DNA from: an uncultured Gemmatimonadales bacterium
Lineage (GTDB): Bacteria > Gemmatimonadota > Gemmatimonadetes > Longimicrobiales > RSA9
Length of the DNA stretch: 64,000 bases
NCBI GenBank assembly: GCA_963798085.1
Contig: CAWCRS010000007.1
Location: 384,001-448,000, forward strand
Reading direction: 5' to 3'
The notes below the pieces were generated by a model. The model made no database searches and had not been told where the DNA came from. It saw only the letters and a list, made by a program, of their open reading frames with translations. A program made the position numbers and the translations under genes. This document shows, piece after piece, positions 51,302-60,551 of the stretch. Numbering within the stretch: the first letter of the stretch is position 1; each line of letters starts with the position of its first letter.

Positions 51302-51922
51302 TCAGGCGGCCGCCTTGCGCTCGTGGACCCGCGCCCGCCGATCCCATAGCCGTTGCGAGTGTCGGGCGCTTTGCTCCGCGGCCGAGCGCGCGATCGCCCG
51401 GCACACACGCGCCGCCTCCGCATGCCATGCGTGGGCGCGGGCGATCTGGTACGCGGTCCTCTGCAACGCGAAGGCGCCCTGTGTGTGGCCTGCTTCGAGG
51501 GCGGCGGCGGCGGCGCCGGCCAGGCAGGAAATGGCGGCTTGCCTGACGTCGCCTTCCGCTGTGACGGCGGCCAGCACGCCGGTGAGCCAGCGGCGTTCAG
51601 CAAGGTTCGGCAGCGTGCGCAGCCAGGCCTCTGCCGCAGCACGCTCGATTTCCGGATCAATGGCGTCCCACAGATCGAAGCCGGCGTGCGCCGCGACGCG
51701 CAATACCTGGTAACGCGCCACGATCTGCAGGCTCTCCTGTCGGCTGCAGTGCGCTGCCAGGTCCTCCAGCACCGACTCACCCACGAAGAGCTCGAATGTC
51801 TGCTCCCATAGTTCAGGCGTGCGCTCATAACGTCGAGGCTCGATTGCCGGCCCCGAGCGCGCCGGCCAGACCACGTCGTGCCCTCCCGGCTTCCCGTCGA
51901 ACGGCAGTTGAAGCTCTCCCAT
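51302..51922 (-). CDS. Hypothetical alpha-helical protein, 206 aa
   Basis: AAGGAGG RBS before ATG 51922 (MGELQLPFDG...); Ala-rich TPR-like C-terminal half. Confidence 0.65.
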   Translation of the reverse strand: MGELQLPFDGKPGGHDVVWPARSGPAIEPRRYERTPELWEQTFELFVGESVLEDLAAHCSRQESLQIVARYQVLRVAAHAGFDLWDAIDPEIERAAAEAWLRTLPNLAERRWLTGVLAAVTAEGDVRQAAISCLAGAAAAALEAGHTQGAFALQRTAYQIARAHAWHAEAARVCRAIARSAAEQSARHSQRLWDRRARVHERKAAA

Positions 51923-52019
51923 TTCAGCCTCCTTCCCCGGTTCCCCTCCGCCCCTGGCGAGGCAAGATGCTGTCGATCTGTGCTGAGGTCCATGGAGGGA
52001 TGGGACGGATTTGAGGCGT

Positions 52020-52239
52020 CGGACCGTCTTGGCGTTCTTGGGTTTGTCCAACGCAACCATGGGTGCAGACCCTGGAGCGTCCTCACGCGAAATGCCATTG
52101 CCTCGACCTGCCATGGAGTCGCGCCGCGCCGCTGCTAACTTCACGTTGGAGCAATGGGAAAAGCCTGGCAGATTTCGCTCCCCACCAAGGCCGTACGATA
52201 GCAGAAAGGCGCACAACCCAAGAACGCCAAGACGGTCCG
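52020..52239. repeat. Perfect 25 bp inverted repeat enclosing 170 bp
   Basis: CGGACCGTCTTGGCGTTCTTGGGTT (52020-52044) and AACCCAAGAACGCCAAGACGGTCCG (52215-52239) are exact reverse complements. Confidence 0.93.
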
Positions 52240-52413
52240 GTGCGCTATATCGCACCAACCATCCCGACATCCGCTGTGACCGCTTGAGTTTGGCCGCTGA
52301 CAACACCGCCGGCAGGAAGCCGGAGTGGCGTACCACAGGGAGAGCCACTGGCGTGCGCCCGTTCCGCGCGGCTGCCTGGCGCGCCGCCGCGCGAGCGCCT
52401 GCGGCGGCCCGCG

Positions 52414-53892
52414 CTAGATCGTCAGCCGGCCGCCGCCAGTCTTCCTGACCTCGAGGTCCTTCTGCGCGCCATGAATCAGGTCTTCGAACGTCTTCATGCG
52501 CGGCGTGTAGCTGGCGATGCCCGCGCTGGCGTGGACGCCCGCGGGGCCAATGAGAGGGTGGGATTCCGCAGCGCGGGCAATGCGCGAAGCGTGGATGAAC
52601 GCGGCGCGTCGATCCGCGTCGGTCAGGGCGACGATGAAGGCGTCGCCTTCATACCGCGCAGCCAGGTTCATGGCGCGCGTGTGCTGCACCAGCAGTTCGC
52701 CGAAGGCGCGCAGCACGCTGTCCCCCGCCTGTCTGCCGTTGCTCTTGTTATAGCGCTCGAAATCGTCGATGTCGAAGATCAGCAGAGTCAGACGCCGGCC
52801 GCGGCGCGCGGCTGCGAATTCCTTCTCCAGGTACATCGCGAGGTGCCGGCGGTTGGGAATGCCGGTCAGCGGATCGAGGAGGGAAAGCGTGCCGATCTGG
52901 TCGTTGAGGCGCGCGTAGCCGGCCGCCACTGCGGCCAGGGCAGAGAATCTGGACAGCGCGCCCAGCGCCTCCGGGCCCGCGCTATGCGGCTCACGGAAGC
53001 AGCACACCATGGCCCCGAGGACGCGATCCTGGGCGTGCAGAGGGACGACGTAGCCGGCCGCGCCCGTCGTCAGTTTGCGGAACTGCTCCAGCCCTTTTTC
53101 TGCTTCCTTGCTGTTGTCGAACGGCATGGGCTGCTTGCGGGTCGCCAGCTCGCGAAACAGCTCGTGCGAGAGGACGGCGGTGTCGCCCCGCTTGGGCGCG
53201 ATGGCGCCCTGCGCGTTGGTCACCGAAACTTCGCCTCCCGTGCGCACGAGCCAGAGCGCGGTGCCGTCGGCGCCCAGCAGTTCGTGCGCGGCCTGGACGC
53301 TGTGCTCGAGGGCGTCATCAAGGGCAAGCGTGGCAATGGCGCGCGTAATGTGGTCGAGCGCCTCGAGCTCGCGCCGGCTGGCGTCGCTCAATGGGCCTCC
53401 ATCCGTGGGTGATGCGCCCAGCAGGTCGGCCACGGCTGCCAGGAACTCGAGATCGGGGTTGTCATAGACCGCGTTGGTCGGGCCGAGTATCGTGAGCACG
53501 CCGGCGACGCGTCCCTGTCGCATGACGGGCGCCGAAACGGCCGGTCGGTTGCGGCTGTCAATGCCGAGCGACCGACACACGGCCGCCGGATCGCCGGGCA
53601 GGTGAAGCACCGCGCGGCGGTCCCGGATAGCCAGACAATCGGCGGCTCGATAGCTTGTGTCGCCCCGACCCGCACGCGCAGTGTCGGAACGATGCACGAC
53701 GGTCGCCCGCCCCGAGTCGTCGACCCTCGAGAGAAAGAACGCATCCAGGGGCAGCGCGCGCGCAAGTCGGGCTCCGAGCGCCTCGTACAGGTCTGCGGGG
53801 CGCAGGATACCCGTGAGGACGTGACCCAGATCGATAAGCGCGGTATAGCGGTCCGCGACATTGCCGGAAACAGACGCAGATCGAGCTTGCAC
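52414..53892 (-). CDS. GAF-GAF-GGDEF protein with degenerate active site
   Basis: Two GAF-like regions, DPLTGIPNRR, FDIDDF..YN...G.QAGD.VL, and ARYEGDAF in place of RxGG(D/E)EF. Confidence 0.88.
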   Translation of the reverse strand: MQARSASVSGNVADRYTALIDLGHVLTGILRPADLYEALGARLARALPLDAFFLSRVDDSGRATVVHRSDTARAGRGDTSYRAADCLAIRDRRAVLHLPGDPAAVCRSLGIDSRNRPAVSAPVMRQGRVAGVLTILGPTNAVYDNPDLEFLAAVADLLGASPTDGGPLSDASRRELEALDHITRAIATLALDDALEHSVQAAHELLGADGTALWLVRTGGEVSVTNAQGAIAPKRGDTAVLSHELFRELATRKQPMPFDNSKEAEKGLEQFRKLTTGAAGYVVPLHAQDRVLGAMVCCFREPHSAGPEALGALSRFSALAAVAAGYARLNDQIGTLSLLDPLTGIPNRRHLAMYLEKEFAAARRGRRLTLLIFDIDDFERYNKSNGRQAGDSVLRAFGELLVQHTRAMNLAARYEGDAFIVALTDADRRAAFIHASRIARAAESHPLIGPAGVHASAGIASYTPRMKTFEDLIHGAQKDLEVRKTGGGRLTI

Positions 53893-54010
53893 GGCTCCGT
53901 GATGCGTTGCCGGGGAGGAGCAGCGGCGGGGTGCCAGGGCTGATCTTAGCTTCGTCGCCTGAAGCCAACAAGTTGAAGCGGAACAGGCGGCGTTTTCCCG
54001 TGAGGGAGGG

Positions 54011-55249
54011 TTGCTCGTGAAGCGGGCGACCAGCTACGTCCTGTTCACCTCGGTCCTCGTCGACATGATCGGCGCGGGGATCGTGATTCCGGTATTGCCG
54101 TTCTACGCCACGTCGTTCGGCGCCAGCCCGTTCCAGGTCACATCACTCTTCGCTGCGTTCTCGGCCATGCAGATGGTGGCGACGCCGCTCTGGGGCCGTG
54201 TGTCTGACCGGCGGGGCCGGCGGCCGCTGCTCATTGCGGGGCTCTTCGCGTCCGCCGTATCGCACCTGATCTTCGGACTCGCCGGCTCACTCTGGCTGCT
54301 CTTCCTGTCGCGCATCGCAGCGGGCGCGGCTGGCGGCACCATCTCGGTGGCGCACGCGTACGTGGCCGATACCACGACCCTCGAGGATCGCGCGCACCAC
54401 ATGGGTCTGGTCGGCGCGGCTGCGGGCCTCGGCTTCATGGTGGGTCCGGCGATCGGCGGCTTCGCGAGTCGCTGGGGCCTGGGCTTCCCCGGCTATGTCG
54501 CAGCGACAGTCGCCGCGCTCAACGGGCTGGCTGCACTGTTTCTGTTGCCGGAATCGCGCACCCGCGAGCAGGCGCACGCCGCACGCACCGGCGAGGCCGC
54601 GACTCTGACGGGGTGGCTGGCAACCATGACCCGCCCGCCCATCTCGCTCATGATGGTCGTCTACTTCCTCGCCATTTCCTCCTTCAGCGGCATGACCGCA
54701 CTGCTGGCGCTGTACCTGGAGAAGCGGTTCGCCGTCAATGCGCAGGATGTCGGGTGGGTGTTCACCGTTGCCGGCGGATCCACCGTGGTGGTGCGCGGAC
54801 TGTTCCTGGGCCGGCTCGTGCGCCGGTTCGGCGAACGAACAGTCGTACGCCTGGGCGCGGTCGCGCTCTTCCTCTCGCTCGGACTCATGCCGCTGATTCC
54901 CGGGATGTGGTGGACCGGCGCCATCGTGATGCTCTACGCCTTCGGTGCCGGCACGCTCTTCCCCACGCTGGCGACGCTGGTCTCGTTCGCCACGGATCGG
55001 GAGTCGCAGGGCGCCGTGCTGGGCGGCAGCCAGGTGGTGGGCGGTCTGGGCCGCGTGACGGGACCCATGTGGTTCGGCGAACTGTTTGAGGTCACCGGTG
55101 TGCACAGTCCGTTTATTGTGGGCGCCGGTCTCGTGGCCATCAGCTTCCTGCTTTCGGGACGGATTCCACGCACCCTGCACGCCCGCCGATCCGTGCCGCC
55201 ACCCGTGTCCGACGCGGTGGAGACGACGCAGTCGCTCGCGCCCGAGTAG
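54011..55249 (+). CDS. MFS transporter, DHA1/TetA-like family
   Basis: DMIGAGIVIPVLP, GRVSDRRGRRP motif A, AYVADTT and GFMVGPAIGG motif C; 12 TMs. Confidence 0.9.
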   Translation: MLVKRATSYVLFTSVLVDMIGAGIVIPVLPFYATSFGASPFQVTSLFAAFSAMQMVATPLWGRVSDRRGRRPLLIAGLFASAVSHLIFGLAGSLWLLFLSRIAAGAAGGTISVAHAYVADTTTLEDRAHHMGLVGAAAGLGFMVGPAIGGFASRWGLGFPGYVAATVAALNGLAALFLLPESRTREQAHAARTGEAATLTGWLATMTRPPISLMMVVYFLAISSFSGMTALLALYLEKRFAVNAQDVGWVFTVAGGSTVVVRGLFLGRLVRRFGERTVVRLGAVALFLSLGLMPLIPGMWWTGAIVMLYAFGAGTLFPTLATLVSFATDRESQGAVLGGSQVVGGLGRVTGPMWFGELFEVTGVHSPFIVGAGLVAISFLLSGRIPRTLHARRSVPPPVSDAVETTQSLAPE

Positions 55250-55405
55250 CGTCGTCGCCACGACGGGGCAGCCGTGCCGCTTGCGCTCCGGGTTCGGCAG
55301 CGCAATGTCCCCGGTCGCTTGCCATGCCGGACCACGCGCGATACCATGCGCGCGGCCGGCTGCGCCCGCGCCGGGCACGCCACACAGCGGGAAACGGAAC
55401 GCGAC

Positions 55406-55675
55406 ATGGAGTTCGTCACTGGACTGGCGGTCTGGCTGGTGATCGGCATTGTGGGCGGCTTGCTGGCCCGCGCGCTCTACCGCGCCGATAACACTGTGTT
55501 TGCGATCGCCATCACCTTCGGTATTTTCGGCGCCATCGTGGGCGGCATGCTGGGCACGTCCGCGCACGTGCACCACCATCCCGTGCCGCTGCGCATCGGC
55601 GGTCTCATCGGGGCCATCGCCGGCTCTCTCTTCTTTCCGCTCATGTACCAGTTCATGGGCCGCAAGGCGGTCTGA
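55406..55675 (+). CDS. GlsB/YeaQ/YmgE (transglycosylase-associated) membrane protein
   Basis: WLVIGIVGGLLAR, GIFGAIVGG and IGAIAGS; three TMs; ATG at 55406. Confidence 0.75.
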   Translation: MEFVTGLAVWLVIGIVGGLLARALYRADNTVFAIAITFGIFGAIVGGMLGTSAHVHHHPVPLRIGGLIGAIAGSLFFPLMYQFMGRKAV

Positions 55676-55698
55676 CCTTCGCGCGCACCGGCTCGCGC

Positions 55699-56709
55699 AT
55701 GCGCGCCATCCTCATCACCCAGCCCGGTGGTCCTGAAGTACTGAGTGCAGGCGACGCCGCTCTTCCGGTTGCCGGCGCGCAGCAGGTCCTGGTGCGCGTC
55801 CATGCCACTGCCGTGAATCGTGCGGACCTGCTGCAGCGCATGGGTCGTTACCCGCCGCCGCCCGGCTGGCCCCCACACATTCCCGGCCTCGAGTATGCCG
55901 GCATCGTGGAAGCCACCGGGCCCGGTGCCGAGCGCTTCCGCGCCGGCGATCGGGTCATGGGTCTCGTGGGCGGTGGCGCGTACGCCGAGTACGTCGCGGT
56001 GCATCAGGACGAGGTCATGTCTGTTCCCGCGAACCTCGACCTGGCACAGGCCGCCGCGATTCCGGAAGTCTTCATCACCGCACACGACGCGCTGCTCACG
56101 CAGGCTGCGCTGAGCGCGGGAGAGACCCTGCTGATCCATGGCGCGGGCAGTGGCGTGGGCACGGCGGCATTGCAGATTGCGCTCGCGGTGGGCGCTCGCG
56201 CGCTGGGCTCGGCCCGCTCCGCATGGAAGCTCGAGCGCGCCCTCGCCATGGGCCTGGACGTCGGCATCGATTCCACTGTCGAAAACTTCGTCGAGGTCGT
56301 GGCAGGCGTCACCGGCGGTAGAGGCGCCGACGTGATCCTCGACCTCGTCGGCGGCAACTACGTCAACGCCAACCTGCGTTCGCTGGCCATGCGCGGCCGC
56401 ATCGTGATCGTCGGCGTGGTGGCGGGTTCCGGCGCCGAGCTGGATCAGCGACTGCTCATGCAGAAGCGCGCCAGCCTGCGGGGCACCATGCTGCGCAGCC
56501 GGTCGCACGACGAGAAGGCCGCGGCCACGAGCGCCTTCGCCGCGTTCGCGCTTTCCCGGTTCGAAGCCGGCCAGCTGCAGCCCGTCATCGACCGCATGCT
56601 GCCCATGGAAGCGGCCGCCGAAGCCCACCGCCTGGTGGCGTCTAACGACGTGTTCGGGAAAGTGGTGCTGCGTTGGGAAGACGCCGGCGGCGCAGCAGGT
56701 CGGAGCTAG
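55699..56709 (+). CDS. NAD(P)H-quinone oxidoreductase, PIG3 family
   Basis: VNRADLLQRMGRYPPP, PGLEYAG, GGAYAEY, AAIPEVFITA, HGAGSGVGTAA and GKVVL. Confidence 0.92.
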   Translation: MRAILITQPGGPEVLSAGDAALPVAGAQQVLVRVHATAVNRADLLQRMGRYPPPPGWPPHIPGLEYAGIVEATGPGAERFRAGDRVMGLVGGGAYAEYVAVHQDEVMSVPANLDLAQAAAIPEVFITAHDALLTQAALSAGETLLIHGAGSGVGTAALQIALAVGARALGSARSAWKLERALAMGLDVGIDSTVENFVEVVAGVTGGRGADVILDLVGGNYVNANLRSLAMRGRIVIVGVVAGSGAELDQRLLMQKRASLRGTMLRSRSHDEKAAATSAFAAFALSRFEAGQLQPVIDRMLPMEAAAEAHRLVASNDVFGKVVLRWEDAGGAAGRS

Positions 56710-58209
56710 GCGGGGGCAGCCGGGCGGCGCGCCTCGACGAACTCGCGTACCCCACGCACGCCGCCCTTGAAGGAATGCGCCTCAATGCCGGCGCGCTGCA
56801 TGCGCTCGGCGAGGTAGGCGGTCTGAATGCCGTGCGCGCAGTACAGCACATAGGTTCGGTTGCGGTCCAGTGTGGCAATGCGGCGCAGCAGATCCCACTC
56901 GTCATGCTGCTCTGCACCCGGTACGTGCCAGGCGCGGTACTGGACCGGTGAGCGGCAGTCGAAGACGATCGCGTCGTCGGGAATTTCTGTCGTGAAAAGG
57001 TAGGGGGCGACCAGGTCGGTCGGGCTGAGTCCGCGCAGATCGAACACCCGCCGCTCCGCCAGCACCGGGTCCAGCACTCCGGAATCCATCGACGCTTCCT
57101 CCGCGGCCACGCGTGCGGCTGTGGTCGCGGTGACCGGATACCCAGGCGCAATGGCGCAGTACTCGCGCACCTGCTCACTGAGCGCCGCCGTGCCCACCCG
57201 CTTCGCCAGCGCAATGATGTCTTCCTTGTCGAAACCGATGAGAGGCTGAAGCACGGGCAGGTCGGCGGCCGGCGCGATGGCGCCCAGGTTGGCGAGCGTC
57301 TGCGATGACACCTGGCCGATGGCTTCGCCGGTTACGATTGCCGAAGCACGCACGTCGCGTGCTACGCGGCAGGCAACGCGGTACATCATGCGCTTCAGCA
57401 CAACCTGCCAGTAGCTCGGGCGCACGTTCGCGCGCAGCTCCCGCAACGGTTCCGCGAAGTCGACGACGTGCAACCGCGGTCGCGTGCCGAAGCTCCATTC
57501 GTCGGCCAGCACCTTGGCGACCTGCAGCACAGCGCGCTCGTACGCATCGCCGCCCAGGTTGCAGAAGACAAAGTCGATGGCCACACCGCGCTTCATCACG
57601 CAGCCAGGCGGCGGCCGCGGAATCGAAGCCGCCGGAAAGCAGCGCCACGGCGCGGCCCTCGATGCCGAGCGGCAGACCGCCCGCACCGTCGATGCGTTCC
57701 GAGAACAGGTAGGCTTCCGTCTCTCGTACCTCGACCGACGCGGTGAATTCAGGATCACCCAGCCGCACGCCAGCCGACGCCGGCCGCAGCGCGGCTCCCA
57801 GCTGCACCTCGATGTCACGGGAATTGAAGGGATGCTCACCCGTCCGCCGCGCGCGCACTGCGAAATGACGGCCGCGCACAGCGTCGCGGAACAACTCGGT
57901 GCCCGCCTGCACGATGGCAGCGAGATCGGCAGGCACGACGCGCGCGACCGGAGACAGCGAACTGACGCCGAAGACACGCGCCAGCCAGGGCAACGCTTCC
58001 GGACCGGCGTGGACATACATGCGGCCCCAGACGCTGTCGACGCGCGCGCTCAGGCCCGCGCCGGCCAGCGCATCACGGAGATTGGCGGCCAGCCGCTGCA
58101 CGAATTGATGGCGCGTGCGCCGCGACTTCAGCGTGATCTCCGCACCCAGCCGCACGAGTATCAGCGGTGCAGCGCCCACCACAGGAGGTTCCACCTCGAT
58201 CGAGGACAT
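56706..58209 (-). CDS. thiI: tRNA 4-thiouridine(8) synthase ThiI (THUMP, PP-loop, C-terminal rhodanese); single frameshift near 57600
   Basis: EITLKSRRTR, GAGGLPLG, LLSGGFDS, then in the other frame MKRG, TGEAIGQVSSQTLANL, PLIGFDKEDI, EYC and rhodanese LYCAHG. Confidence 0.9.
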
Positions 58210-58459
58210 TATCGCAAGCTATTCGCGCGCCCGGCGTGAGCAAAGGCTCCATGCGGGCGCCTTGCGCCTTGACGGACACGCCGTGACCGCGGAGCATATG
58301 TCCGACGCGGGCTGTGGCCTGTTGCTGCGCGGGGCCGGGGACCACGGCTCACAGGAGCCATCAACCGGAGCGACACGCGCGGCGGCGCGCCCGAGGACGG
58401 GGCCGGATTTCAGCGATGGGCGAGGCATCGCGCCGGATCGCTGGCGGCAGGAGGTACGA

Positions 58460-58936
58460 ATGAGAAACGGTACGCGGAACAAGGTGGCGGCGCGCGGTGC
58501 GCCTGGCGCGGCGAGTCGGCTCTCGCACGCCGGGCACGCGCACGGCGGGGCAACGCTCACGGCGTTCCAGCAGCGTGTCTACACAGCTGTTCGCGCGATA
58601 CCGGAAGGGCGGGTGGCCAGCTATGGCGGCATTGCGGCGATTCTCGGTCAGCCGCGCGCGGCGCGCGCCGTGGGCGGGGCGCTGTGCGCTCTGGGAGAGG
58701 ATTCGGGGGTGCCCTGGTGGCGCGTGGTCAACCGCAATGGCGAGATCTCCATCAGTTGCATGCTGCACGGGCCCGCGGTGCAGCGCGCGCTGCTGCGCCG
58801 CGAAGGGGTTCGTTTCGGCAGGCTGGGGCGCATTGCCTGGACACGCTTCGGCTGGGACGGCGAGGGCGTGCCCGCGGGCGTGCGTGAAGACGATGCGCTG
58901 AATGCGGCGCCCGTGCGCGGGCGCAGCAGGCTCTGA
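58460..58936 (+). CDS. atl: Alkyltransferase-like protein (ATL/YbaZ, MGMT family)
   Basis: IPEGRVASYGGIA, ARAVG, PWWRVVN (Trp replaces the catalytic Cys of PCHRV) and QRALLRREGV; GGAGG before ATG 58460. Confidence 0.85.
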   Translation: MRNGTRNKVAARGAPGAASRLSHAGHAHGGATLTAFQQRVYTAVRAIPEGRVASYGGIAAILGQPRAARAVGGALCALGEDSGVPWWRVVNRNGEISISCMLHGPAVQRALLRREGVRFGRLGRIAWTRFGWDGEGVPAGVREDDALNAAPVRGRSRL

Positions 58937-59370
58937 TGCACCGGCAGTCGGTGGCGCTCAGCATCACGCGATCGCGTCGCCCGCACCACCTGCTGGTGGT
59001 GCTGCGCCCGCACGATGATGCCGATCTGCCCGATGCCTGGGGTCTGCCCGCCGCCAGCCTGCAGGCAGAGGAATCATGGGAAGATGCCGCCAGACGCGCC
59101 GCCCGCGACAAGCTGGGTGTGGCCGTGAATGTGGGGCGCCTGCTCCATCGGGGCGCGCTGGAACGCCCATGGGGCTTCCTCGAGATGCGCCTCTACGCGG
59201 CTACGCTGATCGATGGCGAGCCTCACGTCCCCCAGACGGTTCCCGGGGTCACGCAATACCAGTCGTGGCGCTGGTCCCCGCCCGACATCCTCGAGGCCGC
59301 CGCCGCCCGCGGCTCTCTCTGCTGTCGTCTGCAGCTGGAAATGACACGCAACAACCCCCAGGCTCACTAA
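58936..59370 (+). CDS. Nudix-fold protein with degenerate Nudix box
   Basis: LLVVLRP..D..LPDAWGLPAASLQAEESWEDAARRAARDKLGV; TGATG coupling to the ATL gene. Confidence 0.75.
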   Translation: MHRQSVALSITRSRRPHHLLVVLRPHDDADLPDAWGLPAASLQAEESWEDAARRAARDKLGVAVNVGRLLHRGALERPWGFLEMRLYAATLIDGEPHVPQTVPGVTQYQSWRWSPPDILEAAAARGSLCCRLQLEMTRNNPQAH

Positions 59371-59381
59371 CACACTATTTC

Positions 59382-59411
59382 AATCCGTTCCACAGCCACA
59401 GCCCAAGCCCC
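59382..59411 (+). repeat. Third, diverged copy of the 27.3 kb inverted-repeat arm
   Basis: AATCCGTTCCACAGCCACAGCCCAAGCCCC resembles AATCCGTTCCCGAGCAACCAGCCCGAGCCCC at 27302-27332; lies between convergent genes. Confidence 0.55.
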
Positions 59412-59433
59412 GGCAGCGCCCGCCGGATTCCGT

Positions 59434-60513
59434 TCAGCCGAGCACTTCCGCGGTGAGACAGATGATGCGCGGCAGGTAGCCCGTGATCAGCTCCCAGTGA
59501 TCGCCGCCGTCGCGGCTGGCAAACAGGTGCCCGCTGGAGGTACCCAGGTACAGGCCGACGGGCTGCAGCGCGTCCTGCGTCATGCCTTCACGCAGCAGGG
59601 AAACCCAGGCATCGTGCTGTGGCAGGCCGTGCGCGAGCAGCTGCCAGTTGCGCCCCGCGTCGCGTGTGCGATACACCCCCAGCCGGCCAGCCACTGTCGT
59701 GCGCATGTCGCTCGATTCCTCCGGCACCACGAACAGGCTGTCAGGATCGGCCGGATCGAGCGCCAGCACATAGCCGAAATCGCTGGGCAGGCCTGCCGTG
59801 ATCTCGATCCAGTGCTCGCCGCCGTCGTCGGAGCGGTACACGCCACAGTGGTTCTGCTGGTAGAGCCGGTCGCGCTGCGCGGGATGGGCCAGCAGCCTGT
59901 GCACGCACTGGCCCGCAGTCGGGTAGCGCTGTGGCAGGAATTCAGCGCGCACACCTTCATTCAGTGCACTCCAGCTGGCGCCGCCATCCGTCGAGCGGTA
60001 TACGCCGCCGGCCGACACGGCACACCAGATGCGGCGGTCGTCGAAGGCATCGAGCTGGATGGAGTGCAGCGCCAGTGCGCCGCCGGCGGGTTGCCATGTC
60101 GTCGCGGTCGAGTGTGCGTTGAGCGAGGAGACGGCCCACGTCGCTCCGGCATCATCACTGGTGAACAGGCCCGCCGGCTCAATGCCGGCCCAGAGTCGCC
60201 CGGGCGTTGCGGCCGGCCCCGCCGCGAGCGACCACACAGCCTCCAGCCGGCGCGCGTCCACGTGATGCGGCAGCGCGGGCAGCACGTCCCAGCTGTGGCC
60301 CTCATCGTGGCTGAAGTGGAGGTGTGCGCCCCAGACCGCATGGCGGGTGGCAGCCCACAATGTGCCGGCGCGCGCGTCGCGCATGACGTGATAGACCTCA
60401 CGACCGGGCAGCAGCGGTCGCGACAGGGTCCAGTTACGGCGCTCCTTCGTCGCCTGGGCGCGGAACAGACCGCGGCGCGTGCCAATGAACAGAACAACCT
60501 GTTCCGGGGTCAT
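59434..60513 (-). CDS. BNR/Asp-box beta-propeller protein (WD40/YVTN/BNR-like)
   Basis: Repeated SxDxGxxW boxes (SHDEGHSW, SDDAGATW, STDGGASW, SDDGGEHW, TRDAGRNW, SRDGGDHW) and QQNHCGVY. Confidence 0.88.
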   Translation of the reverse strand: MTPEQVVLFIGTRRGLFRAQATKERRNWTLSRPLLPGREVYHVMRDARAGTLWAATRHAVWGAHLHFSHDEGHSWDVLPALPHHVDARRLEAVWSLAAGPAATPGRLWAGIEPAGLFTSDDAGATWAVSSLNAHSTATTWQPAGGALALHSIQLDAFDDRRIWCAVSAGGVYRSTDGGASWSALNEGVRAEFLPQRYPTAGQCVHRLLAHPAQRDRLYQQNHCGVYRSDDGGEHWIEITAGLPSDFGYVLALDPADPDSLFVVPEESSDMRTTVAGRLGVYRTRDAGRNWQLLAHGLPQHDAWVSLLREGMTQDALQPVGLYLGTSSGHLFASRDGGDHWELITGYLPRIICLTAEVLG

Positions 60514-60551
60514 GGGCGCTCGCCGGTCATCGATGGGGAGGCGGCGCAGGA

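Noticed and set aside
52020..52239. Retron msr-msd bounded by a1/a2 repeats
   Set aside because: No reverse transcriptase is encoded in the window.
54011..55249. Acquired tetracycline resistance gene tetA
   Set aside because: It is a generic DHA1 MFS with host-like GC, no tetR and no mobile element.
58460..58936. Active O6-methylguanine methyltransferase (ogt)
   Set aside because: The active-site Cys is replaced by Trp (PWWRV).
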